Shown: positions 1-13,251, numbered from the stretch's first letter. The stretch is DNA of 64,000 nucleotides from an uncultured Pelagibacteraceae bacterium (GCA_902554325.1 CACDOH010000001.1:68135-132134); one strand, 5' to 3'. Numbers and translations: made by a program. Notes: generated from the sequence alone by a model not told the origin.

Positions 1-114
1 AAAAAGAAAAAATTCAATTATTTCAGTCTGTTATCCCAGATTACTTGAGCAATTTAATAAATTCTATTAAAAGCTGAGCATTGAAAAAAAGCATATAAGT
101 ACCATATTTAATAT

Positions 115-2288
<2,174 letters not shown>

Positions 2289-2300
2289 TTATCCTAAATA

Positions 2301-3635
2301 TTAAGAAAAATATTTTGTAACGTTTTCAGTTAATTCATCAATTTTACTCTGATTTTTACACTCTATCATAACTCTCAAAAGTGGTTCAGTGCCAGACATT
2401 CTAACAACGATTCTACCTTCACCTGCAACTTCTTCCTCACACTTTTTAATAAAATTCTTAGTTTCATCACTTTCCAAAATATTCTTAGTTTTAACTTCAA
2501 AATTAACTAGGTTTTGGGGATGTGGCATAAATAAATTAAGAATTTCACTAGCTTGTTTTTCTTTTTGCATAATAATTGCGAGTACTTGTAGGGCAACAAT
2601 AATACCATCACCAGAGGATGTATAATCCCTCATGATAATATGACCTGATTGCTCCCCACCTAAATTTAGATTTTCATTAATCATTTTTTCTTTGACATAT
2701 CTATCGCCAACATTTGCTCTAACTAATTCAATATTATTCTCATTGAGTAGATTTTCTAACCCAATATTGGCCATTGAAGTCCCAACAACTTTATTTTTTT
2801 GAAGTAAATTTTTTTTGCTCATATGTAATGCTAGCAACGCAAGGATCTGGTCGCCATTAATGACATTTCCTTTCTCATCGACTATTGCTAAGCGGTCTCC
2901 ATCTCCATCTAATGCAATGCCTATATCAGCTTTTTCCTCTATTACAGTTTTTGCTAATAAATCAGTATTTGTTGAGCCGCACTTATCATTGATATTTATT
3001 CCATTTGGCTGAGTTCCAATTTGAATTACCTCTGCTCCTAACTCCCATAAGATAAGAGGAGCTGATATATATGAAGCACCATGAGCGCAATCAACAACTA
3101 TTTTTAAACCATCAAGTCGTTGCGTCTTTGGAAATGTATTTTTCAAATATTCTATATACCTTCCATTTGCATCTTCTAACCTTTGAGCTCTTCCTATGTT
3201 TTCAGGCTTGGCTAGAGATTCTTCAAGTTTACTTTCCATTAGATTTTCTATCTCTAGCTCTGTCTCATCAGAGAGCTTGTTACCAAGTCTATCAAATATC
3301 TTTAAGCCGTTATCTTGATATTGATTATGAGATGCTGTGATCATAATTCCAAGGTCAGCTCGCATTGACTTTGTTAACATTGAGACTGCAGGAGTTGGGA
3401 TCGGGCCAAATAAAAAAACATCCATGCCCATTGAAAGTAAACCAGATGTTAAAGCCTGTTCGATCATGTAACCAGATAGCCTAGTATCTTTTCCAATAAC
3501 AACCTTATGCCTGTGATCTCCTTTGGTAAAATATTTTCCAAGTGCCATCCCTAGATTAATTAGGGTAGGTCCATTTAATTTATCGCTGTTTGAGCTTGCT
3601 CGAATTCCATCTGTTCCAAAATATTTTTTTTTCAT
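2301..3635 (-). CDS. glmM: Phosphoglucosamine mutase
   Basis: 444 aa. 'YFGTDGIRA' start, phosphoserine loop 'ITASHNQYQDNGLK' and 'ALDGDGDR' metal loop. Confidence 0.93.
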   Translation of the reverse strand: MKKKYFGTDGIRASSNSDKLNGPTLINLGMALGKYFTKGDHRHKVVIGKDTRLSGYMIEQALTSGLLSMGMDVFLFGPIPTPAVSMLTKSMRADLGIMITASHNQYQDNGLKIFDRLGNKLSDETELEIENLMESKLEESLAKPENIGRAQRLEDANGRYIEYLKNTFPKTQRLDGLKIVVDCAHGASYISAPLILWELGAEVIQIGTQPNGININDKCGSTNTDLLAKTVIEEKADIGIALDGDGDRLAIVDEKGNVINGDQILALLALHMSKKNLLQKNKVVGTSMANIGLENLLNENNIELVRANVGDRYVKEKMINENLNLGGEQSGHIIMRDYTSSGDGIIVALQVLAIIMQKEKQASEILNLFMPHPQNLVNFEVKTKNILESDETKNFIKKCEEEVAGEGRIVVRMSGTEPLLRVMIECKNQSKIDELTENVTKYFS

Positions 3636-4687
3636 ATCAATTTCGAATAGACTTTTATTGCTTGGTTTGTCTCATATACGTCATGCACTCTGAATATTTG
3701 AATACCTTGAGACAGACCGTATAAAACTGAAGCTATCGATCCCCCTTTACGATCATCGTATAATTCATTTTTTTGAATCTTTCCAATAAAACTTTTTCGA
3801 GAACTGCCTAACATTACCGGTAGACCAAGTGAGTGAAGTAAACTAATTTTTTTTATAAGTGTCAAATTTTGTTTCAGAGTCTTACCAAAGCCAATGCCTG
3901 GATCAATAATAATTTTATTTTCAGATATTCCTTTTGATTTACATTTTTCTATTTGCTTTTCTAAAAAATCATAAACATCTAGTAAAACATCTTTATATTT
4001 AATTGATTTTTGCATTTTCGCAGGATTAGAGATTGAATGCATTATAATGAAAGGAATTTTAGCATTATTTAAAAAACTTATAGCTTTACTGTCATACCTT
4101 AATCCCGAGACGTCATTGATAAAATCAATATTATATTTCATTACAGCTTTCATTACTTTAGATTTTCTTGTATCAACTGAAACTAAAGAATTTCTCGAAT
4201 TACTTTTGATTTGATCAATAACTGGCATTATTCTTTGAAGTTCTTTTTTAGCTGGAACTGTCTTTGACCCAGGTCGCGTAGACTCTCCTCCAACGTCAAC
4301 TATGGCAGCGCCCTCTTTCTTTAACTTTTTGTATTGTGCAAATGCGTCATTAACTGATAAAAATTCTCCTCCATCAGAAAAACTATCTGGGGTGACGTTT
4401 AATATTCCCATTATTATGGGTTTATTAAAATTTAAATTTTTAATCTTCTTTCTGGTTTTTGTTATTTTTTTGAGTTGAATATTGATTATCTGACTAATGT
4501 CTTTTGATAGTCCATTGACCTCTTTTAAATGGAGATATTTTGATGAAATTTTTTTACCATCTCTTTTAATTAATTCAATTCTATCAAAATAAAATTTGGA
4601 AGAGCCAAGTTTTAGAGAGTCTTTATTTTTATTATTATTAAATATGGGTCTTACGTAATACTTAACAAGTTTACGCGAAGCGGTCAT
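3632..4687 (-). CDS. folP: Dihydropteroate synthase with a ~70-90 aa Lys-rich N-terminal extension
   Basis: 351 aa. The canonical DHPS core starts at 'IIMGILNVTPDSFSDGG' (residue ~91) and continues with 'DVGGESTRPG'. ATGA overlap with glmM. Confidence 0.88.
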   Translation of the reverse strand: MTASRKLVKYYVRPIFNNNKNKDSLKLGSSKFYFDRIELIKRDGKKISSKYLHLKEVNGLSKDISQIINIQLKKITKTRKKIKNLNFNKPIIMGILNVTPDSFSDGGEFLSVNDAFAQYKKLKKEGAAIVDVGGESTRPGSKTVPAKKELQRIMPVIDQIKSNSRNSLVSVDTRKSKVMKAVMKYNIDFINDVSGLRYDSKAISFLNNAKIPFIIMHSISNPAKMQKSIKYKDVLLDVYDFLEKQIEKCKSKGISENKIIIDPGIGFGKTLKQNLTLIKKISLLHSLGLPVMLGSSRKSFIGKIQKNELYDDRKGGSIASVLYGLSQGIQIFRVHDVYETNQAIKVYSKLI

Positions 4688-4699
4688 ATTTAATTTAGT

Positions 4700-6610
4700 T
4701 TAACTAGTCTGTGGTTTGGGCTTGAAACCAGGAACAACTGTTGAAGGTTTTCCACTTTTAGGTACTGATGGACCAGCATTGTTAATTTCCTCTTCCGGGT
4801 TTGGTCTGTCAATTTTTCCATCCTTAAGTAACGACAATATTTCGTCTCCATTCAAAGTTTCATATTCAATTAAGCCTTTTGCAAGAGCATGAAGATCTTT
4901 AATTTTATCATTAAGAATCTTCCTTGCTAAATCATAGCACGTATCAACAATTATTCTAATCTCAGAATCAATCAGTCTAGCTGTGTCTTCTGACACATTT
5001 TGATGTTTCTGAACTGATCTACCTAAGAAAACTTCTTCCTCGTTTTCACTGTACTGAAGTGGTCCTAGTTTTTCACTCATTCCGTATTTAGTGACCATAT
5101 TTCTTGCCATTTTAGTCGCCATTTCGATATCAGAAGATGCACCTGATGTTACCTTGTCGTCACCAAAAATTATTTCTTCTGCTACTCTTCCTCCCATAGC
5201 AACAGTGATATCAGCAAGCATCTTCTCTCTTGCCATTGATAACTGGTCTCGTTCAGGTAGTCTCATAACCATTCCTAGGGCTCTACCACGGGGTATGATT
5301 GTAGCCTTATGAATTGGATCTGATGCGGGTTGATTTAAAGCAACAATAGCGTGACCACCTTCGTGATACGCTGTTAATTCTTTTTCTTCTTGACTCATTA
5401 CAAGAGATCTTCTCTCTGATCCCATCATGACTTTGTCTTTTGCTTCTTCGAAATCTACCATTGTCACAATTTTTTTATTTTTTCTTGCAGCAAGTAATGC
5501 AGATTCATTAACAATATTAGCTAAATCAGCTCCTGAAAAACCAGGAGTTCCCCTTGCAATTGTTCTAATATCTACATCAGGGGCAACTGATATTTTTTTA
5601 ATATGAACTTTTAAAACTGCTTCTCTGCCCATAATATCTGGATTTGGAACTACTACTTGTCTATCAAACCTACCAGGTCTTAATAAGGCTGGGTCTAATA
5701 CATCTGGTCTGTTTGTTGCAGCAACTAATATAATACCTTCTTGGGTATCAAAACCATCCATTTCTACAAGAATTTGGTTTAACGTTTGCTCTCTTTCATC
5801 ATTGCCACCGCCAAGACCTGCTCCACGGCTTCTTCCAACAGCATCAATTTCATCAATGAATATTATACATGGAGAATTTCTTCTTCCTTGCTCAAACATA
5901 TCTCTAACTCTTGAAGCTCCCACGCCAACAAACATTTCTACAAAATCAGAACCCGAAATTGTAAAAAATGGAACGCCAGCTTCACCCGCAACAGCTCTTG
6001 CTAAAAGTGTTTTACCTGTTCCAGGGGGACCAATTAATAAAGCACCTTTTGGAATTCTTCCACCAAGCTTTTGAAATTTTCTTGGATCCTTTAAAAAGTC
6101 TACAATCTCTACAAGTTCCTCCTTTGCTTCATCTATTCCTGCTACATCGTTAAAAGTTACCTTATTTTTGTTTTCAGTTAAAAGTTTTGCTTTTGATCTA
6201 CCAAAACCCATTGCTCCACCTCTACCACCTTGCATTTGTCTCATAAAGAAAATCCATACACCTATAAGTAATAGCATAGGGAACCATGAAATAAGCACTC
6301 CCAGTAGTGAAGGATAGCCATCGTCAAGAGGAGCAGCAGAGATATTCACACCTCTTTCATTTAATCTGTCTACAAGCGTAGGGTCGTTTGCAGCATAAGT
6401 TTTAAATGAACGCCCATCATCAAATGCGCCATTAATATTGCTGCCTCTTATAACTACATCTTTGACGGACCCAGCTTCTACTTCATCAAGAAATTGAGAA
6501 TATGTAAGATCAATTACATTTCTTTCGCCACTGGTGTTGCTGAAAAGATTAAATAGACCGAAAACGATAAGGGCAATAAAAAACCATAGTGTAATATTTC
6601 TGAAATTCAT
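4700..6610 (-). CDS. ftsH: ATP-dependent zinc metalloprotease FtsH
   Basis: 636 aa. N-terminal TM segments, Walker A '[11 protein letters not shown]', Walker B 'IIFIDEIDA', SRH region and zinc motif 'HEGGHA'. Confidence 0.97.
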   Translation of the reverse strand: MNFRNITLWFFIALIVFGLFNLFSNTSGERNVIDLTYSQFLDEVEAGSVKDVVIRGSNINGAFDDGRSFKTYAANDPTLVDRLNERGVNISAAPLDDGYPSLLGVLISWFPMLLLIGVWIFFMRQMQGGRGGAMGFGRSKAKLLTENKNKVTFNDVAGIDEAKEELVEIVDFLKDPRKFQKLGGRIPKGALLIGPPGTGKTLLARAVAGEAGVPFFTISGSDFVEMFVGVGASRVRDMFEQGRRNSPCIIFIDEIDAVGRSRGAGLGGGNDEREQTLNQILVEMDGFDTQEGIILVAATNRPDVLDPALLRPGRFDRQVVVPNPDIMGREAVLKVHIKKISVAPDVDIRTIARGTPGFSGADLANIVNESALLAARKNKKIVTMVDFEEAKDKVMMGSERRSLVMSQEEKELTAYHEGGHAIVALNQPASDPIHKATIIPRGRALGMVMRLPERDQLSMAREKMLADITVAMGGRVAEEIIFGDDKVTSGASSDIEMATKMARNMVTKYGMSEKLGPLQYSENEEEVFLGRSVQKHQNVSEDTARLIDSEIRIIVDTCYDLARKILNDKIKDLHALAKGLIEYETLNGDEILSLLKDGKIDRPNPEEEINNAGPSVPKSGKPSTVVPGFKPKPQTS

Positions 6611-6707
6611 TTTTTTTTAATTGTTCATTATATTAAATAATTACTATTTTACGTCATGCAAGAAAAGAAAGGTATAAATTTTAACAATATATATCAATTG
6701 CTTAACA

Positions 6708-7799
6708 CTAATAATGCTCTATTAATTTTGGCCAATTCTTATTTTTAAGAATAACTTTGAAATTTTGTCCCGAATGTGGGCTCCCTCTTTTTTCTTTTGA
6801 TATTAGAATTTCGTCACTTTTAATCATAAATATGCATCCATTTAAAGTATGACTTTTAAAATCTCCAGTATTAATTTTTTCAATAAGGTTTTGGAGCGAC
6901 TTAGATCTGGGAACTTTATCCTTATTGCCCATAAGACGGCACAGTTTATTGATAACTCGGTATTGTATTTCAACTGGCGCTTCTTTAAATTTTTTATTAT
7001 TAAACTTTAAAGTGCTATTTCTACCAAGCGAAATACATTTTTTTAAATAGTTATTAACTGATACAGTAATTGCTTCATCTGCTTTTTTTAAATTTTCTAT
7101 AACTTCTAGAATTCTTTTCTTATCCAACCCCTCAGTAATTAAATTTTCAGCAATAGCTCTAATACGAGACCTATCGTACTTCATATCTTGATTTGTGTTA
7201 TCATATATATAAGGTTGCTTCATTTTTGCTAAATACTTAATCAAACATTTCTTTGAATATTTTAATAAAGGTCTAACAATTTTAATCTCTCCTCCTTTAT
7301 ACTTAGAAACTGGCTTTAAAGATGATAGACCTTTTATTCCGCTACCTCTAATTAACCTCATTAAAAATGTTTCAATTTCATCGTCTAAATGATGTGCAGT
7401 TAATAAATATTTAAATTTATTTTTTCTACAAACATCTGCTAATAGTTCATACCGATGTTTTCTAGCTGTTGAAAGTGTATTTGAACTACTTATTTTTTTT
7501 ATAACTTTTTTTGATAGAAATCTTACTTTTTCTTTTTTCATTAGCTTCTTTATCCATTTAATTTCTATAGATGAATCTTCTCGCAACCTATGATCTATTG
7601 AAACAGCAATAAATTTTAGATTATTTTTTTTTGCGAAATTTTTAGCCAGATATAAAAGAGCTAAGCTATCTGGACCTCCAGAAAGAGCAACGGTAAAGTT
7701 TGCATTTACACCAAGAAACTTGAGTTGTTTTTCAAAATCTGCATCGGTGATCTTCTTTATATTTTTATAATTAATTGGCTTAACTAATTTCACAGCCAT
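6708..7799 (-). CDS. tilS: tRNA(Ile)-lysidine synthase (short form)
   Basis: 363 aa. PP-loop 'ALSGGPDSLAL' and 'LLTAHHLDDEIETFLMRL'. Sits between cpoB and ftsH, as in other Alphaproteobacteria. Confidence 0.85.
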   Translation of the reverse strand: MAVKLVKPINYKNIKKITDADFEKQLKFLGVNANFTVALSGGPDSLALLYLAKNFAKKNNLKFIAVSIDHRLREDSSIEIKWIKKLMKKEKVRFLSKKVIKKISSSNTLSTARKHRYELLADVCRKNKFKYLLTAHHLDDEIETFLMRLIRGSGIKGLSSLKPVSKYKGGEIKIVRPLLKYSKKCLIKYLAKMKQPYIYDNTNQDMKYDRSRIRAIAENLITEGLDKKRILEVIENLKKADEAITVSVNNYLKKCISLGRNSTLKFNNKKFKEAPVEIQYRVINKLCRLMGNKDKVPRSKSLQNLIEKINTGDFKSHTLNGCIFMIKSDEILISKEKRGSPHSGQNFKVILKNKNWPKLIEHY

Positions 7800-8817
7800 T
7801 TCTTTTTAATTCTAGATTGCTTCTATCAATGATCGAGGGATTAGCTTCAGGATATGACTCTTGCAGTTGTATAAATGTAATACATCCCTGTTCTTTTTGT
7901 TGCATGTTTACTAATGAAATTCCTAATTTTAATAGCGCATCTGGTGCCTTTTTTGCATTTGGGAAAGTTTGATAGAGATTCAAATAATTTTTAGCAGCAT
8001 CTTTGAAGTTTTCTCTTACGTAATAAGTCTCAGCTAGCCAAAAATGTGAATTACTTAAATAATTTCTATCATCCCCAATGGTAATAAATTCTGTGAACGC
8101 TTTTTCTGCTGTTTCATAGTCACCTTGCTTAAGTAAATTAATGGCATATTCATACTGACTTTTTTCATCACTCTCCGGCAGTATTGTTAAAGGCGTTTGT
8201 TGTTCCCCAAGGGATACAATATTATCTTGCGATATTGTATTTATAATTTGTTGCTCTTCACCTTCATTATTAATTTTTACTTCAAAAGGTGAATTTTCTT
8301 CTTCAGGTAAGCTTGACATGTTTATAGTTCCAAGTGATTTTGGCTCTAAATCTAATTCATCTTCATTAGCTATAAACATTTCGCTTTGCATTACACTTAA
8401 AGTGTTAGGTTGGGCATTATTTTGAACTTTTTCTATATTCTCAGCTTTAGTGTTTAAATCTGTAAATCTATACTCTGCATCTTCTTTGAATGTGTTAAAA
8501 TTATTTACAGTAGATTGCATCGTAAAAATCATTTCTTCAATTCGAGCTGTTAGAGATTGAATTTCATTTTGAAGTTCTGATATTTGAATAGATTGTTTTG
8601 CAATTATTGATTGATAATCATCAAGACTTAAATTATTTCCTTGGTCAGAAGTTGTATTGTTAAATGTTGCTTTTTCAAGAACCTTTATTCTACTTTCGAT
8701 TGTTTCTAGCTTTTGAAGAAGTTTATCTAATGGAATTTCTTCTGCATAGAGAACAGGATTGAATAATGTAAGAGCTATTTGAGTAACACAAAAATATAGA
8801 TAAATCTTATTGATCAT
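7780..8817 (-). CDS. cpoB: Tol-Pal system protein CpoB/YbgF
   Basis: 345 aa. Signal peptide, N-terminal coiled coil, acidic linker and a C-terminal TPR-like region ('YEYAINLLKQGDYETAEKAF', 'APDALLKLGISL'). Lies directly downstream of pal. Confidence 0.75.
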   Translation of the reverse strand: MINKIYLYFCVTQIALTLFNPVLYAEEIPLDKLLQKLETIESRIKVLEKATFNNTTSDQGNNLSLDDYQSIIAKQSIQISELQNEIQSLTARIEEMIFTMQSTVNNFNTFKEDAEYRFTDLNTKAENIEKVQNNAQPNTLSVMQSEMFIANEDELDLEPKSLGTINMSSLPEEENSPFEVKINNEGEEQQIINTISQDNIVSLGEQQTPLTILPESDEKSQYEYAINLLKQGDYETAEKAFTEFITIGDDRNYLSNSHFWLAETYYVRENFKDAAKNYLNLYQTFPNAKKAPDALLKLGISLVNMQQKEQGCITFIQLQESYPEANPSIIDRSNLELKRNGCEIS

Positions 8818-8889
8818 AAAAATAAATAATTTTTATAAGCCTAGACTTATCTTTTGTCTAAATAAAGGCGTTAATAATTAAATATCGAT

Positions 8890-9453
8890 TTAATTTGTTC
8901 TTACAGTTACTGATCTTCTATTTTGTGCCCAGGCCTTTTTATTTGAGCCACTATTCACGGGTCTTTCCTTGCCAAAACTGATAGTGGTAACCCTGCTAGA
9001 ACTAATCCCTTGTGTCATCAAATAATCTTTAGCAGCGTTAGCTCTTCGATCACCAAGTGCTAAGTTATATTCTCTCGTTCCTCTTTCATCAGCATGACCT
9101 TCAATCGCTATTGTAACTGATCCATTTGCTTTCAACCATTTCGCCTGTTTTTCTAATGTATTTTGAGCAGCTTTAGTAAGTGAATGGCTGTCGTATGCAA
9201 AAAATATTCTATCAGGAACATCGATCGCTAACATTTCAACAGTATCTGATCCAACATACACACCGTCTTGTATTTCTACAGCTGCGGTTGATGATGATGA
9301 TGATGATGATGATGATGTTGATGATGATGATGCAGTATCTTTTGGCACAGTTTCACAAGCTGCCAAAAACAAAGCAAATAATATAATTACCAAATATCTG
9401 GTATAATTCTGAAAGGTTGAAACCATTTTAATAAACTCCCGTAATATTTTCAA
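8890..9453 (-). CDS. pal: Peptidoglycan-associated lipoprotein Pal (OmpA-like), with a poly-Ser linker
   Basis: Lipobox 'LFLAAC', then S4-T-S9 linker, then OmpA_C domain 'GHADERGTREYNLALGDRRANAAKDYL'. The real start is probably the second ATG at 9426 (GGGAG about 10 nt upstream). Confidence 0.9.
   Translation of the reverse strand: MKILREFIKMVSTFQNYTRYLVIILFALFLAACETVPKDTASSSSTSSSSSSSSSTAAVEIQDGVYVGSDTVEMLAIDVPDRIFFAYDSHSLTKAAQNTLEKQAKWLKANGSVTIAIEGHADERGTREYNLALGDRRANAAKDYLMTQGISSSRVTTISFGKERPVNSGSNKKAWAQNRRSVTVRTN
9289..9330. repeat. Trinucleotide microsatellite (TGA)9-TGT-(TGA)4 on the + strand, equal to (TCA)n Ser codons inside pal
   Basis: Read directly: 'ttgatgatgatgatgatgatgatgatgatgttgatgatgatgatgc'. 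It encodes SSSSTSSSSSSSSS in the Pal linker. Confidence 0.9.
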
Positions 9454-9548
9454 AGCCGTTAGTACTCTATTAACTTAACTTGCGCAAGTCTAGGATAAAG
9501 TTATTACATATTCTTTAAAATATGTCTAATTTCCAGTAAAAATTGCCC

Positions 9549-10871
9549 TTATTGTATTAATTTTGACCAAGATGGGTCGGATGCATCAACCGGTGTAATA
9601 ATTTTTCTCTCGTTAAACCCAGTCAAATCAATAGACCAAATGGATGAAGAGTGACCGTCCCCTGCATCATTTGCTTTTGTTTCACGATAAAATATTAATA
9701 CCCTCCCATTAGATGACCATGATGGTGCTTCTTGATACCAATTTTCAGTTAGTAATCTCTCACCACTTCCATCAGTTCTCATGACGCCAATAAAATATTG
9801 ACCCTGATAAAACTTTGTAAAAGCAATAAGATCACCTCTTGGAGACCAAACAGGGGTTGCGTAATTACCTCCTTGTTTTGAAATTCTCTTTTGATTTCGC
9901 CCATTGCTGTCCATTACATAAATTTGCTGGGACCCTCCTCTATCAGAATTGAATGTAATTTTTTTACCGTCAGGAGAATAACTTGGAGATGTATCGATTG
10001 CTGGACTGTCAGTTAGTCGTTCAACAACACGATTTGTTAAATCCATGACGTACAAGTCAGAGTTGCCCTCTCTTGCTAAGCTCATAATAATTTTTCCTCC
10101 ATCTGGAGAAAATCGTGGTGCAAAAGTCATACCCGGAAAATCACCCACAACTTCTTGTATTCCTGTTTGAATATTTAATAAATAAACTCTGGGCAAATTT
10201 TTAAAATATGAGAGATATGTAATCTCTTGTCTTACAGGGTTAAATCTTGGTGTTAAGACTAGTTCTTTTCCACTTGTTAAAAACTTATGGTTAGCTCCAT
10301 CTTGGTCCATGATTGCTAGTTTTTTTATTCTTTTATTTTTTGGACCCTCTTCAGCAACATAAACTATCCTTGTATCAAAGTAACCTTCCTCACCTGTAAG
10401 TCTCTCATATATTTTGTCTGCAATCATATGACTAATTCTTCTCCAATTATCAATTGTTGTAATAAGAACTAATCCCTCTATTTCTTTTTCCGCAAATGTA
10501 TCCCATAAACGAAATTCTACTCTTAACCTATCGTCTTCAATGGCAAGTTCTCCTGTAAGCAAACCTTGGGCTTTTATTAACCTCCAATCTGCGAATCTAG
10601 GTTTTAAATGCATGGCGCGATTTGTTTGAATGAATGCCTTATCATCAATTGATGAAAACAAACCACTTCTTTCAAGGTCATCTGAAATTACAGTTCTAAT
10701 ATTTTCTGTTATTTTCTTGTCTATTATTTCTTGGTTATTGTCATGAAAGAACTCACTGATTGCAAGTGGAAGAGGTTCTCGATTACCTTCAGTTATATCG
10801 ATTTCAATTATCGCAAATGAAATATTAGTGAATAATATTAAGGGAAATAAACATACCAGTAATCTTTTCAT
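9549..10871 (-). CDS. tolB: Tol-Pal system beta-propeller protein TolB
   Basis: 440 aa. Signal peptide plus repeated 'P.(F/W)SPDG..I.F' propeller blades ('[11 protein letters not shown]', '[12 protein letters not shown]', '[12 protein letters not shown]'). Confidence 0.92.
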   Translation of the reverse strand: MKRLLVCLFPLILFTNISFAIIEIDITEGNREPLPLAISEFFHDNNQEIIDKKITENIRTVISDDLERSGLFSSIDDKAFIQTNRAMHLKPRFADWRLIKAQGLLTGELAIEDDRLRVEFRLWDTFAEKEIEGLVLITTIDNWRRISHMIADKIYERLTGEEGYFDTRIVYVAEEGPKNKRIKKLAIMDQDGANHKFLTSGKELVLTPRFNPVRQEITYLSYFKNLPRVYLLNIQTGIQEVVGDFPGMTFAPRFSPDGGKIIMSLAREGNSDLYVMDLTNRVVERLTDSPAIDTSPSYSPDGKKITFNSDRGGSQQIYVMDSNGRNQKRISKQGGNYATPVWSPRGDLIAFTKFYQGQYFIGVMRTDGSGERLLTENWYQEAPSWSSNGRVLIFYRETKANDAGDGHSSSIWSIDLTGFNERKIITPVDASDPSWSKLIQ

Positions 10872-10873
10872 AT

Positions 10874-11686
10874 TTAACCTCTTAGTATCTCTCTAGGATC
10901 AAAATTCAACTGTAAATTTTTCCAATTATCATAACGCTCAGCTTCTGGTGCCTTTATAGGGTCACATCGTCTTACCGCTCTAAGAGCACTCTCTGCGAGT
11001 GTTCTAAAATATTTCTCGCCTGGCTTATTCATCCGTTCATGCTGGACAACTTCTGGTGGTTTTAAAAGCGACCCATCTGTATTTAAAAATATTTTAATTT
11101 TTACTATCATTGTTTCATCATAAGGAATTCCGAGTGGAATACTCCAACATTGCATAAATTGTGCTCTGATTGCGTCCTCCTCACTTAGAGTCAGACGCTT
11201 ATCGAGACTTGGTGTTGAATCAAGGGCTTCATAATCCTTTTCAACGATATCTTCTGGATTTGTTTGTTTTGTATCTTTTTGCTTGTCAATTAACTCAGCT
11301 AGTTTGAGAGGATCAAATTTATCTTTCTTTTTTATCTCTGGCTTTCTGACTGGCATATTTTGTATCATTTTTTCTTCAATTTTTTTATTTTCAATTTTCT
11401 CTTCTGTGGACGGATCTTTTACTTTTTCATTTGATTTTTCTTCTTTTGGTTTTTGAATTGGTTGATTTAATTTTTGTTCTTCTTTTTTGTTTTCTTTTTC
11501 TGGTTTTTTATCCTCTTTCTTTTTACTAATCTGAGGTACATTTGTTTTTTCTGCTATTTCGATCAGTTCAACTTGAATAACAGGTGGCGTTTCAAGTTCA
11601 TCATTATTAAATAAAGGGAGTGAGACTATTGTAAAAAGAAGGATGAACAAGTGAAGTGATACTGATCCTACAACTGAAATTCTCAT
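10874..11686 (-). CDS. tolA: TolA-like cell envelope integrity protein
   Basis: 270 aa. N-terminal TM anchor, long K/E/P-rich spacer and a TonB/TolA-like C-terminal domain. Position between tolR and tolB. Confidence 0.7.
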   Translation of the reverse strand: MRISVVGSVSLHLFILLFTIVSLPLFNNDELETPPVIQVELIEIAEKTNVPQISKKKEDKKPEKENKKEEQKLNQPIQKPKEEKSNEKVKDPSTEEKIENKKIEEKMIQNMPVRKPEIKKKDKFDPLKLAELIDKQKDTKQTNPEDIVEKDYEALDSTPSLDKRLTLSEEDAIRAQFMQCWSIPLGIPYDETMIVKIKIFLNTDGSLLKPPEVVQHERMNKPGEKYFRTLAESALRAVRRCDPIKAPEAERYDNWKNLQLNFDPREILRG

Positions 11687-11702
11687 ATTTAAGTCCCATT
11701 AA

Positions 11703-12107
11703 TTAATTGCTTATGGGTTTTGTAATTAAAGAAACTTTTGAAAAGCCTGATCCAGATAACTCCCCAAGTACTCTCATTACTTTTCCGTAGTCAATTGCCT
11801 CATCTCCTCTGACGTATATCTTTGTATCTAATCTATTATCAGTTATTGCTTTTATTTTAGGAATTAATTCACCCAGTGCTATTTCTGTTTCTTGAATATA
11901 GATTATACCAGTCTCATTGATTGTTACTTCCATTGGCTCATCATCAGATTGCAGGGAGTCAGCATTGCTTTCAGGAAGATCTACTTGTACGCCAACTGTT
12001 AATAACGGAGCAGTAACCATAAAAATTATAAGCAGAACCAACATTACATCAACAAAAGGTGTAACATTTATATCGCTAAAGGGTTTTGAACGAGTATTTC
12101 TAATCAC
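11703..12107 (-). CDS. tolR: TolR (ExbD/TolR family)
   Basis: 134 aa. 'SDINVTPFVDVMLVLLIIFMVTAP' signature of ExbD/TolR. Synteny. Confidence 0.85.
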   Translation of the reverse strand: MIRNTRSKPFSDINVTPFVDVMLVLLIIFMVTAPLLTVGVQVDLPESNADSLQSDDEPMEVTINETGIIYIQETEIALGELIPKIKAITDNRLDTKIYVRGDEAIDYGKVMRVLGELSGSGFSKVSLITKPISN

Positions 12108-12123
12108 TTAATAAATTTCATGT

Positions 12124-12828
12124 TTATTTTGCACTTAGTCCTCTTGAGAAAATGACATTAAACTGCTCTTTAAATCTATACATTCGGGCATTCTCGTCAT
12201 TCACTTGGCTTGTGAAAATATTATAGGCTATTACAGCTGGTATAGCTGCCAGAAGTCCTAGAGCTGTAGCAAAGAGAGCTTCGGCAATCCCTGGTGCCAC
12301 TACTGCTAAGGATGTATTTCTTGATATTGCAATTGACTGAAAAGAATTCATTATCCCCCAAACCGTCCCAAATAGACCGATGAAAGGTGTTGTTGCGCCT
12401 ATAGTTGCGAGATAGCTAAAGTATAGTGAGAGCTTTTCATTTTGATAATCAATTGCGGCTTCCATAATTCGATTAATTCTATCAGTAATGCTGTCGATAT
12501 TTTTTTTAGTATCTTTATTTGATTTTTCAATTTCATCTACTGCCTCAAGAAAAACATACTTTATAGGACTCTCTGAGAGATGATGGGTGGTTGATGCAAT
12601 TTCTTTGATGGTACGTCCTGACCAAAATTCTTCCTCAAATTGTTTGCTGATTTTTTTTAAAGACCTAAAAAGTCGTATTTTATGAATAATTATTGTCCAT
12701 GAGAATATTGATGCTGCAAATAATATAAGAATTACTAACTTCACTACTAAGTCAGCCCTAAAGAAAAGCGACATTAAGGTGAACTCATCGTTTATTTGAC
12801 TTGTACTAATCAGAGCTTCGTTTTCCAT
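12124..12828 (-). CDS. tolQ: TolQ (MotA/TolQ/ExbB proton channel)
   Basis: 234 aa. Three TM segments and '[21 protein letters not shown]', typical of the family. Confidence 0.88.
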   Translation of the reverse strand: MENEALISTSQINDEFTLMSLFFRADLVVKLVILILFAASIFSWTIIIHKIRLFRSLKKISKQFEEEFWSGRTIKEIASTTHHLSESPIKYVFLEAVDEIEKSNKDTKKNIDSITDRINRIMEAAIDYQNEKLSLYFSYLATIGATTPFIGLFGTVWGIMNSFQSIAISRNTSLAVVAPGIAEALFATALGLLAAIPAVIAYNIFTSQVNDENARMYRFKEQFNVIFSRGLSAK

Positions 12829-12867
12829 AATATTATTTTAAAACCAAAAATTGTCTTAAATAGGGCA

Positions 12868-13251
12868 TCAAGTGTTAGTCTTCTTGCTTTCAAGTAAGAT
12901 TTTGTATAGCTCCATAAAGTCATCTAACCTTAAAACGCACAATGAATTACCAGTTGTTTCCCTATTTCTTCTTGTAATTACCACAGGAAATGAGTCTGAT
13001 TTAGATGTTTCAATATTTTCTTCGACTTGCTTAATTGACTCATGGATTTTAAATTTTTCAGTTCTCTTTGCCTCAACGTAAATATGAGGAGTGTTTTTTA
13101 AATCACTTCCTCCTGATGATTTTATTGCTCCACCACCAGACAGTGGCATTCGTTGTACAAGATCATCTCCACCAAAAACTTTTTCGTTAAAATATTTCGC
13201 TAACTCTCTTTCATATCCATCACCTTTTCTTTTTGGAGAGCTACCTGGCAT
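12868..13251 (-). CDS. Small PDDEXK nuclease resembling archaeal/phage Hjc-type Holliday junction resolvases
   Basis: 127 aa. 'KGDGYERELAKYF' (Glu motif), then 'GGSDL...HIYVEAKRT' (D...E-x-K), a spacing like Hjc. Located between yebC and tolQ. Confidence 0.55.
   Translation of the reverse strand: MPGSSPKRKGDGYERELAKYFNEKVFGGDDLVQRMPLSGGGAIKSSGGSDLKNTPHIYVEAKRTEKFKIHESIKQVEENIETSKSDSFPVVITRRNRETTGNSLCVLRLDDFMELYKILLESKKTNT

Noticed and set aside
9478-9489. 12-nt perfect palindrome ACTTGCGCAAGT between tolB and pal.
   Set aside because: It is too short and loop-less to be a convincing terminator or operator, and it is a single occurrence. It may be chance.
11250-11560. Repetitive A/G-rich DNA in tolA, considered as a possible tandem repeat array or CRISPR-like structure.
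   Set aside because: It simply encodes the K/E/P-rich periplasmic spacer of TolA. There is no regular repeat-spacer periodicity, and no CRISPR-like array occurs anywhere in the window.
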